A stretch of DNA of 53,579 nucleotides, the filler included, from Basidiobolus ranarum (taxonomy: Eukaryota), in NCBI GenBank assembly GCA_040143965.1. It is 3 parts of 3 records of this genome, joined end to end, with 100 filler letters (N's around TTAATTAATTAA, not from the genome) between each part and the next. Parts side by side here need not be neighbours in the genome. Positions count along the whole stretch, not along the records: positions 1 to 17,828 come from JASJQH010000290.1; positions 17,929 to 35,712 come from JASJQH010000291.1; 1 more part is not named here. One strand, given 5' to 3'. Of the stretch, positions 13,443 to 24,299 are shown piece after piece. The notes below the pieces were generated by a model. The model ran no database searches. It saw only the letters and a list, made by a program, of their open reading frames with translations, and was not told the DNA's origin. Every line of letters starts with the position of its first letter. Position 1 is the stretch's first letter. The position numbers and the translations under genes are program-made.

Positions 13443-14571
13443 ATGAACCTTCACCCACCGGTTATTCCAAAACAAACTCAGTTATCTTCAAGTGCTTCCA
13501 CGACCAACCACTTGCTTTCATACTCTCCTTCCTCTTACTACTCTGTCTCCCCTCCAGCATCCTCTTCTTCATCTTCCACCTCATCTTCCATCACCAAAGT
13601 TCCACCCCAACTCTCCACAATCATTCAGCCCATCTCTCAACCAGTTACCGGCATATCAGCACAACTTGAACAAACTGATTCTAACGTTGACACGTCTTCA
13701 CCCTTTTCTAAACTCGAGCCGGAATTTCTTCAGTTTTTAGACAAAGGACCCTCGGAGCACACCTCTCCCCGAGCCTCTGGTCCAAAGTTCGGTGCCAGTG
13801 AAACAAAAGAAAGTTCCCCACCCAGGTTAAGCTTGAAACACATGTCAACCGATCTGACCACAGCGGTATTTTCTAGATTAAGTTATGTACTTGGTGAGAA
13901 CTCGGAATTTTTAAGGGAAGAGGCAGTTGATACTTCCCACCCTATTACTTCAGAACCGCAACTCCCCCATTCCTGTGGAGTTATTAGGGTGGAAAGAGAC
14001 TATTCCAAAGGGGAAGGTTGTCAATTTTCCCAAGAATATCCTTCGGAATTGAATGATAAGGTAATGATGATTTTCATGGATTTTAATCATTGAAAAATCA
14101 CTAAACTTGCTCTCGTATCATCAATACTTATTTAGATAACAGTAGAGACATTTCGAAATACTATCACTCAAATTAATGGGATCCTACGTAAGGCAGAATA
14201 CTCTTGGTTTCGAAATTCTTTGGATAATATCATCTCGTGTTTATCTCTTTATACCTATCCATTATGCTTTGGAAGCTTTTATCAGAAGGTGAGTAGAGTG
14301 TGATGGTTTGGGAAATGGGAAATGGAAAATTAATGAATTCGTGTATCTTCATTTAGTGTATGAAAGAATTGAATCAGCTAATTGCTTCGGAGAATTCGGA
14401 ACTGTACTTACCTGCGGGATTACACATACAAGACCCTCGTAGAACCGCATTCCTTTTCGTATCCTTTACCCCATTACAACAATTGAATCGAATCGAATTG
14501 AATTGAATTTATTCTATCAAAGTTATCTTTAACATGAATTCATTTAGTTGGAAATTGAAATACTCGAATGA
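13443..14571 (+). CDS. ERF4: Golgin A7/ERF4 family palmitoyltransferase accessory subunit with Ser-rich N-terminal extension (4 exons)
   Basis: VIRVERDYSKGEGCQFSQEYPSEL|TITQINGILRKAE...CLSLY|N...PAGLHIQDPRRTAFLF|LEIEILE* matches the Erf4/GOLGA7 domain. Confidence 0.85.
14459..14547 (+). other. U12-type (minor spliceosome) GT-AG intron in ERF4
   Basis: 5' splice site GTATCCTTT; branch site TATCTTTAAC (14524-14533) ending 14 nt before the 3' splice junction; no polypyrimidine tract; removal gives AFLF|LEIEILE*. Confidence 0.85.
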
Positions 14572-14640
14572 TGCTTGATTGTAGAATACACGAAGATACT
14601 GGAATGTTACTTGATTGTATAATACACGAATACAGAACCC

Positions 14641-14695
14641 TACACGATACAACACAATACGACACCACGCCACACCACATCACATCACACTACAC
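14641..14695 (+). repeat. Degenerate pentamer microsatellite between convergent ERF4 and FIBP 3' ends
   Basis: tacac gatac aacac aatac gacac cacgc cacac cacat cacat cacac tacac. Confidence 0.7.
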
Positions 14696-14830
14696 GTTAA
14701 TCTAATTTATGCTCGGTTGCTTCAAGGGTTTGTTCAGAGGAGGGGGAATCGATATTGATATTATTTCATCCATGTACATTTAATTCAAAATAAACTCCAG
14801 AGTCATGAAATACTCGGCGCCAAATGATGT

Positions 14831-16236
14831 TTACGAGGCACGTATCCGGGTAAGGGGGGAGAACTTGGGAACGCGGTAAAGTCTGGTGGACATCAACCTA
14901 ATCCCCGTCAAAAGTCTAGTCATAGCAGCAATATAACGTTTCTTCAACGTAGTATCAGAGAAAGACAAAAGAGCGAAAGAAGTGATCATACTGGAGAACA
15001 ATAAATCCATATCAGAAGCGGAAAGACCTACCAATACACAAGGTTCAATGATCTTTTCCATTAAATTTAAAAAGATATCTTTGGTTTCTTTGGCATTGTA
15101 TAGATCACAGCCTATATTCAAAATATTTCTATAAAGAAATTTAAATTGATGACTAAATTTATCACTCGTGTTCACATTCGTATGCGTCTTTAAATCTTGA
15201 AATACTGCTATACGATATTCTTCAACTTGTCCTTTGTCTCTCGTCATCGCTAATTTTACGTCACGTATATCCAAGGCTAGATTCTCATCAAATCCCTCAA
15301 GGTTGGTGGAGGTGGTGGGTGTCCAATACTGGGATAGAACGGAAGCGCAAAATTCAAAGTCTCCAAAATTATAATAGGTCAACTTTCTTCGAGAAGTGTC
15401 CAATCTATTATTACTCATGAAGATTATATGCGCGTATTGACTAAGCGAAGGAGAAAAAGAAAAGAAAGGATTAATAAGAAGAAAATAACCTATGTAAGGG
15501 AATATCTCCTACCTAGCTAATTTAGTAGAAAGTAAAAATTTTTGTTCAATATCTTCAATTATACGTTGTCCTTCAGTATCTTCTACTTGCTTTAAAATTC
15601 TTTTCAAATTATCAAACTAAATGACCATGAATTTTCCATTACCGAATATTGGTTACAAGAAAGGGTTAAAAATCAGAACTAACTTGACGTCTACAACTTC
15701 CAAGTGGGATCTTGCTTTTGATACTGATATCCTCTAAATCTTTTCTCAAACGCGAGTTAAGTTTTTTCCCCAATAATTCTCGCATGACCGTTTCATCAAA
15801 GCTATAATATCTGAAAGTAAAGGAAGGGTTATGAAAGGAGAAGAGAAGGGGGGGGGGAAAGAAAGGTGAATAATTCGTAACCACTTACCTTTCCACAAGT
15901 TCTCGTTTTACTTCAATGGGTAGAGGAAAAAGAAACTGTCCTATAAAATATCTCGGTCTATGTAGATAACTTTCGAACATCTCAAACGCGCGGTAATAAG
16001 AAAGTACATAGTTATATACTGTCTTTGGGGAAATTCCATTAACAACCTGTTGTTTTTGACCTTCATAAGTTTGCTCCACTATAATAAAGAGGTTCGTTAG
16101 GTGAGGGAGTTATTTGGGAGTTAGAGGCAAGAAATGGTTGAATAGAATAACTACCAGTGAGTCCCATCAACCATTGTGAGAAAATATTCTCGTCAACAAC
16201 AAAGTCATTTTCAAGGAAAATAGTGAACTCTGACAT
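14831..16236 (-). CDS. FIBP: FGF1 intracellular binding protein (FIBP) homolog, multi-exon
   Basis: YYSFDETVMRELLGKKLNSRLRKDLEDISIKSKIPLGSCRRQ|FDNLKRI and NNRLDTSRRKLTYYNFGDF match the FIBP family. Confidence 0.85.
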
Positions 16237-16662
16237 AAGACGTTAAGCCAAGTAACGGTGAAAGGTTAATCCAATTCCCCTATCCCTCATTAAATGGGAA
16301 TCTTATGAATTTTCTAGATGAATTTGACTAGATTTAGATCGATTTCGTATTAGGTGGCATAATTTAAGAAATATCTAATTCATTGGTTTCTTCGAGTGAC
16401 TGCATTACATTTGGTATAAACATGGTCCACCATTAGTAAATTATGTATATGAAAAAATCTATTGCCATAATTCGCTACTAATATAATTAGCATGATCATA
16501 GACTTACACACTTATTGTACAAGAATTCATCAATATGGTAGTAGCTTGTTGCTTGGTTAAATAATTGTGAAATTAGTATTGTTTATTAGATTAGTTCTAT
16601 TCTTGTCGCAATTGGACATTAGATCTATAAGCATACAACCTATCCAGATATGTAACAAAATA

Positions 16663-16728
16663 AATAGCCAAGTATAGATCAAGAAATCTGCATCTAATAG
16701 CCAAGTATAGATCAAGAAATCTGCATCT
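16663..16728 (+). repeat. Perfect 33-bp tandem duplication
   Basis: AATAGCCAAGTATAGATCAAGAAATCTGCATCT twice (16663, 16696). Confidence 0.9.
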
Positions 16729-16758
16729 AAATACTAGCAGAAAATGAATTTTAGATTT

Positions 16759-17105
16759 TGTTAAAGTATTTGAGAGCCTGTTGGAAGTGGTTTGGAGAAT
16801 TAGAGAAATTGATTGCTTTCACATATTGATACATTGAGTTGAAAGTTGACAGTTATAGCTTCATAAAGATATCAGCAACTAACAGGTATCATATGCTAAG
16901 GAAGGTCCCAGGAGCATGTGTACAAAGTTTGGGGCTTCCAGGCCAAGTTTGGAAAATCCATATATCTTAGAACTTCTAAGTTAGTAAAAACATTACATGT
17001 ATATTCCAATAGAGAATAATGAGCAACATCATCGCTGAGTATAGGATAACTATATACTAAGCTATGTATGTCAATATAGGTGCTCAGGTAATGCTAATTT
17101 CAACA
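16759..17105 (-). mobile_element. Copia 3' LTR, 347 bp (TGTTG...TTTAACA)
   Basis: Same length and termini as LTR 36661-37007; preceded on the minus strand by polypurine tract GAGGGAGAG (17106-17114). Confidence 0.9.
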
Positions 17106-17645
17106 CTCTCCCTCAACTAAATTATCACATAAACCAATCTCAAGGAAGATATAAATTTCTCAAATTTCTGCCTAGCTAATGGTTTGGTTAGTATATCAGT
17201 AGTCATGCTTTCTGTATAACAATGAGTTAGGTCAATAGGCTTATTCTCTATGTCTTCTCTATTAAAAGGTTGTCTAATATCTATATGCTTGCTTCTTGTA
17301 TAAAATGTGGCATTTCTAGCTTATTGGATACAACCTTATTTATCTTGAAATATTGTAGTTGGTGAATTTTGAGAATAACCTGAATCTGTCAAGAGTTTTC
17401 TTGAGGATGTTCTGTTGAACTTCAAGAAATAGCTCCATTACAGCAAGGAAATAAGTATTCCATGTCAGATCTCCTGTCTGCAATATCCCTTCCTTAATTT
17501 AGATCTCAATATCCTATCAGTTCACAGCTTGATCCAAAATACATGTATTTCAAGCACAGATCTGTAGTACCTTCCAAATATCAGAAAATTCACTTGTCTG
17601 CTCTCATTTGATCAGATCCATAATTTTGAAGATATTGGTACATAA
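17106..17645 (-). mobile_element. Degenerate Copia RT/RNase H 3' end plus PPT
   Basis: Minus translation GRDIADRRS...NGAIS, ...SKHIDIR, TDILTKPLARQKFEKF; stops and frameshifts; PPT abuts the LTR. Confidence 0.85.
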
Positions 17646-17828
17646 TGTTGAAGTTGGCATTACCTAAATGCCTATACAGATATATATAGCTTAGTACTTA
17701 GTTATCCTATGGTTCACTAAGATATCATCCATTATTCCCAATTGGAATTTACTTAGAATATGTTGAAATTGTTGAAATTAGCATTGCCTAAACACCTATA
17801 TAGTCATATATAGCTTAGTACTTAGTTA
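17646..17828 (+). mobile_element. Stacked Copia LTR 5' fragments (starts at 17646, 17761, 17770), cut by the contig end
   Basis: Repeated TGTTGAA(A/G)TT... LTR starts in opposite orientation to the adjacent RNase H remnant. Confidence 0.85.
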
Positions 17829-17928
17829 NNNNNNNNNNNNNNNNNNNNNNNNNNNNNNNNNNNNNNNNNNNNTTAATTAATTAANNNNNNNNNNNNNNNN
17901 NNNNNNNNNNNNNNNNNNNNNNNNNNNN
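17829..17928. other. Artificial contig linker (N-run + TTAATTAATTAA + N-run)
   Basis: 100-nt spacer with stops in all six frames; identical design at 35713-35812. Confidence 0.97.
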
Positions 17929-18039
17929 GCTTTTACAACCACATCCCCAACCCATGGTCTTAGGGTTACAGAAATTCATGGGGTCCTGATCAACACCACC
18001 ACAATTAATGGTACAGTATCCTTTCTGTCGGTTACATAG

Positions 18040-18342
18040 CTTAGAAGATAGTAAAAGGGAACATATCCATTGAAATAGTTACCGCTTCTTGTGAAGTTTG
18101 CCACGATAATGTTCGGATAGAGCACTACCGGAGATAAAATGGCGGGAGCATTGAATGCAAAAATGTTCACCAAGTCCAGGAAGTTCAGTGTCTCCCTTTT
18201 GACTTGCCAAGAGTTTCTCGGTATTCTCGGTCTTTAAATCCTCGTGAATCTGGTCGAGATCTTTAGTTCTTCTACGAGTACGATATTTTCGGGAAATATC
18301 ACGAATTCCTCTGTGAGTACGTGAACGGCGAAGTCTACCCAT
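18040..18342 (-). pseudogene. BUD20: 3'-truncated BUD20/ZNF593 copy (first coding exon and part of the intron only)
   Basis: Identical to 31119-31421, but identity breaks inside the intron at 18040 and the last exon (VKLLKEEPY...) is absent. Confidence 0.75.
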
Positions 18343-18758
18343 TCTGTTAAGAGAATATGTCAAGTGTAGAAAAGAAAGGCTGGCAGAAAACCAAGTAAAA
18401 GTAGTGAAATTAAAATTAGTAAAAAAAAGACATGAATCTTTTCTCCAATAGATAAGGTAATACAATATGAATTCATCCACATTCGATGCTAGTCCCTTTT
18501 TTTCTTTTTTTTTTCTCTTCCTGATTTACTCGTTTAGCACAGGAGTTGGAAGTTGTGGTAAACCAAGTTTTGCACATTTAATTAAGAATACTTGAAAATT
18601 TGCAAAAAAAGATCTCATTAATCTACTCACTCAATGCTAACCATACGGATTGGCCAATCCTGAAGGTCTGAAAGTTATGCTAATTAAGGCCACTGATTTC
18701 CCACTGGTCTTTCTTCCTCTTCTAATTCCACCTCCCCCAAGTTGGAACGAAACTTAAA

Positions 18759-19277
18759 ATGGCACAACCAGTTCGGTAAGAATTTAATATCCTTTGACTT
18801 TTACTTGCATCCATCCAAGAGCGCTGTCGAATGAAACTGTAGAGTGACCTTTCATGTCTAACCACAACAGATGTTTTGTGATGTGTTGTCTGCAAATACG
18901 TTGGCAGTGACAAGGGTGGACGTTAGTGATAGGACCACCAAACCAACCATATACTAATTTGCTTCACTAGTCTTTACTCCAAGGGTCGCGTCTTAGGATT
19001 CAAGCGCGCCAAGCGTAACCAAAGAGTCAACACTTCATTGGTTCAACTCGAGAATGTCGGTACCAAGGAAGAGGCTCAATTCTACCTCGGCAAGAGAGTC
19101 GCCTATATCTATCGTGCCAAGCGTGAGATCAACGGATCCAAGGTCCGTGTCATCTGGGGTCGTGTCACTCGTTCCCACGGAAACTCTGGTGTTGTCAAGG
19201 CCAAGTTCAGAACTAACTTGCCTGCTCACTGTTTCGGATCCTCTGTCCGTATTATGATGTATCCTTCCCGTGTTTAA
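18759..19277 (+). CDS. RPL33: 60S ribosomal protein eL33 (L35a/L33), copy 1; intron 18776-18970
   Basis: [18 protein letters not shown]...[14 protein letters not shown]...[20 protein letters not shown]...MMYPSRV. Confidence 0.97.
18810..18920 (+). ncRNA. Putative structured RNA element in RPL33 intron (identical copy at 31889-31999)
   Basis: Manual pairing: 18810-16/18914-20, 18822-30/18901-09, 18831-36/18850-55, 18864-69/18884-89. Confidence 0.45.
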
Positions 19278-19656
19278 GTAATAGAGAGGGGGTTGGTTTA
19301 ACCTCAACAGCGTACATATGACTTTCCAAATGTTGCATAATTCTTTTAATTGAAGTGATGAATAAAACACAATTCAGAACCATCATTTATATATTCATAT
19401 CACCCATGTTGATTTTATAAATTTCCTATTAATACTTCAAGTTGAACCCAAAATTTTGGAATTAATCAAGATGTAGCTATTTAATCAACATTAGTTAAAC
19501 TTAGAAATAGATGCATATAAAATTTGATGCGAAAAAAAGAAAAAAAATTTACGATACAGTGAAGTTATACTAGGAAATGTATGTTTGATACAGTTATAGA
19601 GCACTTTTCTTCACTGGTAAAGAGTTTTATTCCTCCTAACATATACATTTTCCAGT

Positions 19657-22407
19657 ATGACTGAAGGTGAAAGAAAGGTATCAGCTCTTAAGAGATTGAA
19701 AAGCTCTTTGAGAGAAGCTGGTGTTATTGGTCAACAATCCAGAGCAAGTACTAGCAAGAAGTCAAAGAAGCGCGGAAGACCAAGTGAAGTCGGAAAGAAC
19801 GGTGTTCGTGAAAAATTGAATACCATTTCTAACGCTTTAAATCCTTTCGAGTTAAAAGTCTCTAAAACAAAGTATGACGTAGTGGGCCGTAAAGTCAAAG
19901 GTTCTCAAGGTAGACCTGGATTGAGTAAACAAATCGGTCAAGAGAATCGTAAGAAAACTCTCTTGGTGGAGATGCAGAATAAAAATAAAGCAGGTGGCTT
20001 TGTTGATAGACGTTTTGGTGAAAATGATCCAAATATGACCCCCGAAGAAAAGATGTTGGAGAGATTCTCGAAAGAAAGACAACAACGTAATAGAAAGGCC
20101 GAATTATTTAATCTTGAAGATGAAGACCTTACGCATTACGGACAGTCTCTTGCGGATATGGACGACTTTGATGAGGCTGGTTTGGGTATGAGTGATGATG
20201 AGAACGGACAAATCGATCGCACAACAGTTAGTATGTCTCATTTCGGTGGATTTGAACCAACTCCTGAGGAGTTAGATGATCCTGACAGAAAGAAGAGTAA
20301 GGCTGAAGTTATGAAGGAGGTTATTGCCAAGAGCAAATTCCACAAGTATGAGCGTCAAAAGTTGAAGGAGGAAGACGACGATTTAAGACAAGAGTTGGAT
20401 GATGGCTTGAAGGATATCCAAAGTATTCTTTTCGCTGAAGCAATGAAAAAAGAAGCAGCTGCTAGAGAAAAGGTAATATCGTGCTTTGATTGGCGTGTTA
20501 TCTGAGTTCACTATTTCTAACTATTTACTTTTACCATTACACAGATGGAGCCAAAAGAAGAGAAAAGTGAACGCGACGAAGCATACGACACTCTCGTACG
20601 TGAGATGGTGTTCGAGAAGCGTGCTAGAGCTTCTGATAGACAAAAGACTGAAGAGGAGTTGGCTCTCGAAGAAAAAGAAAAACTTGAGCGCGCCGAACGT
20701 CATCGTAAACGTCGTATGGAAGGTCTAGACTCAGACTCTGAATCAGAGGAATCGAAGCCCAAGAGAAAACGCAAGTCTGCTGGGGACGATCTGGAGGATG
20801 ATTTCCAAGAAGAAGAGTTTGAACTTGATCAATTTGGTAACAAGGTACCAAAGTTGTACAACATTCATGACGATCAACCTTCTGGAGAAGAGGAATCTGA
20901 TGAGGACGACGAAGAAGAGAGTGGAAGTGAAGAGGAGGAAGAAGAGTCTGATGAAGAAGAGGAGGATGATTATGCTGATCTTGACGAGGATGCAATGGAA
21001 GAGGCATCAGATGACGAAGATGTGTCAAAAGCAACTGCAGTCAAATCGTCCAAACAGGTCGCTAATGGCGAGAAAACGGAGCTTCCATTTACTTTCCCAG
21101 CTCCCAATAACCATGACGATCTTTTGGAGCTTATTGGTGGTTACAGTTTAGAGGACCAAATGACTATAATCCATCGTATTCGTGTTTTGCATCACATTCG
21201 TCTCGGCGCCGGTAACCGTCAAAAATTGGAGACCTTGTTTACTGTGTTAGTAGATCATTTGAAGTACTTGGGCCAACAGAATCCTATCCCTCTCGCCAAC
21301 ATCAATGCTTTGACCAAGCATATTCTTGAGTTGTCTCAACAAATGCCTGAGGTTGCTGCCGAGTATGCCATGTCAGATATCACCAGTTCTCAAAAAACCC
21401 TGAACAAGGCATTAGTAGCCGGTACCAAATCTGGTATGCCAAGTGCTGATGAGCTTCTTACCTTCAAGCTCTACGGTCACATTTTCCCTACCTCTGACTT
21501 GCAACATGTGGTTATCACTCCTTTAATGCTGATGATTGGTCAGTATTTAGGCCAGTGCTCTATCCGTAATGGTCGTGATCTTCTCTCCGGTCTTTTCCTC
21601 TCAAACATCGTTCTCGAATTTCAATCTTTATCTAAAAGAATTGTTCCTGAAGCACACAATTTCCTTCTTTCGGCATTGTATCATCTCGCACCACTTGAAC
21701 AATCCGAAACAATCCCTGGATGGTTCCCACTGATTGACGAATATTTCGGTAAATGGACTGAGGAATTGGATAACACCAAATTAAAGTCAGCCAAACCCCA
21801 ACTTATCAATTTTGGCGAGCTCTTGGCTTCTAGCAAAGTTACTCCCGAGTTCTTCGAGACAGCGGAGTTCCGCGCTACTGCCCTTAAGATGATTGTTCAT
21901 TTGATCGGCGAGTCTGCTGTATTATATTGCTCAACCGCTGCCTTCTTGGAGCTATTTACCCCTGCTCTAGAACTCATTAGATCTGTGCAGCAAAAGAAGT
22001 TCTCTACCGAGTTAAAGAAAGTATTTAGTGATGTAGAAGATAAACTTGCTAGACTTTTGAAACACGCAACTGATCGTCGTAAGCCACTCCAACTTCAAAA
22101 ACACAAAGCTATTGCCATTGCCTCATATCTGCCTAAATTCGAAGAGAACTACTCTATCGATAAGCATTATGATCCTGACCGTGAGCGTTCAGAAATGAAC
22201 AAACTGAAGAACCAATTCAAGAAAGAGCGTAAGGGAGCCATTCGTGAACTTCGTAAGGATAATCAATTCGTTGCTCGTGAACGCATCAAGACTGTCAAGG
22301 AGAAGGATGTTGCATATCATTCCAAGATGAGAAGCATTATGGGCAACTTGTCCGAAGCTCAAGGTGAAATGAACAAAGCAGACAAAAAGAAGAAGAATAA
22401 GTTTTAA
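19657..22407 (+). CDS. NOP14: Nucleolar protein Nop14 (intron 20473-20544)
   Basis: NPFELKV, GGFVDRRFGEND, LTHYGQSL, KSKAEVMKEVIAKSK, KKERKGAIRELRKDNQF. Confidence 0.97.
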
Positions 22408-22817
22408 TTTTATCTCACTTATAATGGTTTATTCTTTACTTCATCTCTACATAGCTTTGATTCTCACCACAATTTGTTACCTTGGAAGTTTACTTGGTCA
22501 TTGTATTTCCTCTATTCGGACCTTTTCTTCGCACGTATTGTACTCCACTTCTAGACGAATCATTCTATGCTATTTTATCTCTTTTTGTTTGATTGTAAAC
22601 TATTCTTACATCCATCCCAGTACAAGTGGTCAAGTGGTGCTCTTTCAATTCGCTTTTCATAAAATTAGTGATTTTTATAGATTATTTGGTGATTGATAAA
22701 GTAACGTGGTTTCATGTGTGTTCCTAACCCTGTATACATGGTGATTGTTTGATATTCAGTAAGATTGTACATAGCAAAAGAGTGGAAGTTTTTGGGTAGA
22801 TATGACGATATTATTCA

Positions 22818-23701
22818 TTATTCCTGGGAAGCTTCTACTCCTTCATCGAGGTCTTCCTCATCCTCGATATCTTCCTCATCTACTAGTTCCTCCTCCTCTT
22901 CCACATCATCACCTTCCTCCTCTTCCTCTTCGTCTATCAGTTCCTCTTCTTCCATTAGATCATCCTCCTGACCGCTAGCATTTTCCACTTTCGCATCCTC
23001 CTCGGCTTTGGTGGAGGCGGCTGTTTCGTCAGCTTCGGGATTATCCCTAGAATAGATGTTTAGTAAATATAGTGAGAACATCTAAAAACTATCTACTTAC
23101 CATGAAATGGGGAATCTAGTAACTCGAGGTTTTTCAGCCAATATATTACGATATAATTTATCGAATTCGACTTTTTCAGGAGGATTTTCTTTTAACTCTT
23201 CATCCATATATTCATTATTAACATAATAACCAACTCGTACGAACTCGCGCTCCTTGTATGAGCAAGTGAGAAGAATGACCGTTACTCCAAGAATATCTTC
23301 GTGAGGAATGAGGTCGGATTTAGGTGGTTCAGCCTAAAAACAAACAAAACCATTGTCATTCATTTCTGAATTAACAATATTGGGTTGCTAATATACTTAC
23401 TTGAAATACGAACTTATTTACTCCCACCGGAACAGGGCCGACTAAAATAGAATCTAATACTTGGTCAAAATGTAGGTTTTCGGCTGAGCCTACATAGATT
23501 AGTTTCCACTCGAGATCTTTAAATAAATAAAAAGAAGATTAAACAGCGGTAAACAATATATATAAAAGGATTTAAAGAGCTACCCTCTAGTAAAGAAGCA
23601 ATGCATTCAAAAGTAACCTCAAACTGATAAGAATTTCGAAAAAGTGTGGGGTTATCCAATACTCGAACGTTAGTGATATTAACGATACTCATAGTATCCA
23701 A
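22818..23701 (-). CDS. ASF1: Histone H3-H4 chaperone Asf1 with acidic tail (4 exons)
   Basis: [70 protein letters not shown]-rich C-terminus. Confidence 0.97.
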
Positions 23702-24299
23702 GTGGTGTGGACGAGTAGTTTAAAATGAGTTTTGTAAGAAAGGTATGATGAATATGTTATGAATTAAAGACGAGGACATTTCTGGTTTTTTTCGAATATT
23801 CACAGAGCCAATACTAACTCTTTTGGTTTGTTTACTTTTTTGTTGATTTATTGAAATTGTTGAAATTACGCCTGTTTGTCCTCCCCCAAATAAATCATAT
23901 ATTAATTCTTTATTCAAATCTCACTATAATTGTTGGATATTCTCCATAAATCCCCATTCAATCATAAGTTTTATACTTCACTTTGCCTAATATTTTGAAC
24001 TATCTCATTGGGTTAAGAACGCAGTCTTCATGTTAGATTTCAAGGGTCATGCGAATAGAAGCGTAGATTATTTGCAATAAGAACATGTCAGTCAGTAAAC
24101 CATGGTAATCTAGCGGTGGGAAGCGTTTAGAAAATAGTTGGATAAAATAATAAATACTTACAATCTTAACACGCTGCATGAAATGAGCATAAAGGGGGAG
24201 GGTTCATCCAGGGGATCTACTGCCTAGTTTGATATACAAGTGCTTAACGGAATATCTATATAGTCTTGTAACTTTGTTCTTATTCGAAAATAATCTTTA

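Noticed and set aside
17873-17884. TTAATTAATTAA palindrome between N-runs
   Set aside because: Artificial six-frame-stop linker, not biological.
18343-18480. N-terminal extension of the BUD20 ORF (MDEFILYY...)
   Set aside because: Non-ATG start in T-rich UTR/intron-like DNA; the conserved protein begins at MGRLRR (18342/31421).
18787-18795. ATATCCTTT (perfect U12 AT-AC donor) just inside the RPL33 intron
   Set aside because: No convincing U12 branch site plus AC acceptor; about one such 9-mer is expected by chance in this much AT-rich DNA.
20624-21151. Antisense and alternative-frame ORFs over NOP14 (similar ones over formin, ASF1, RPL33 and the ADF-H gene)
   Set aside because: Shadow ORFs caused by low-complexity or biased coding sequence on the real strand.
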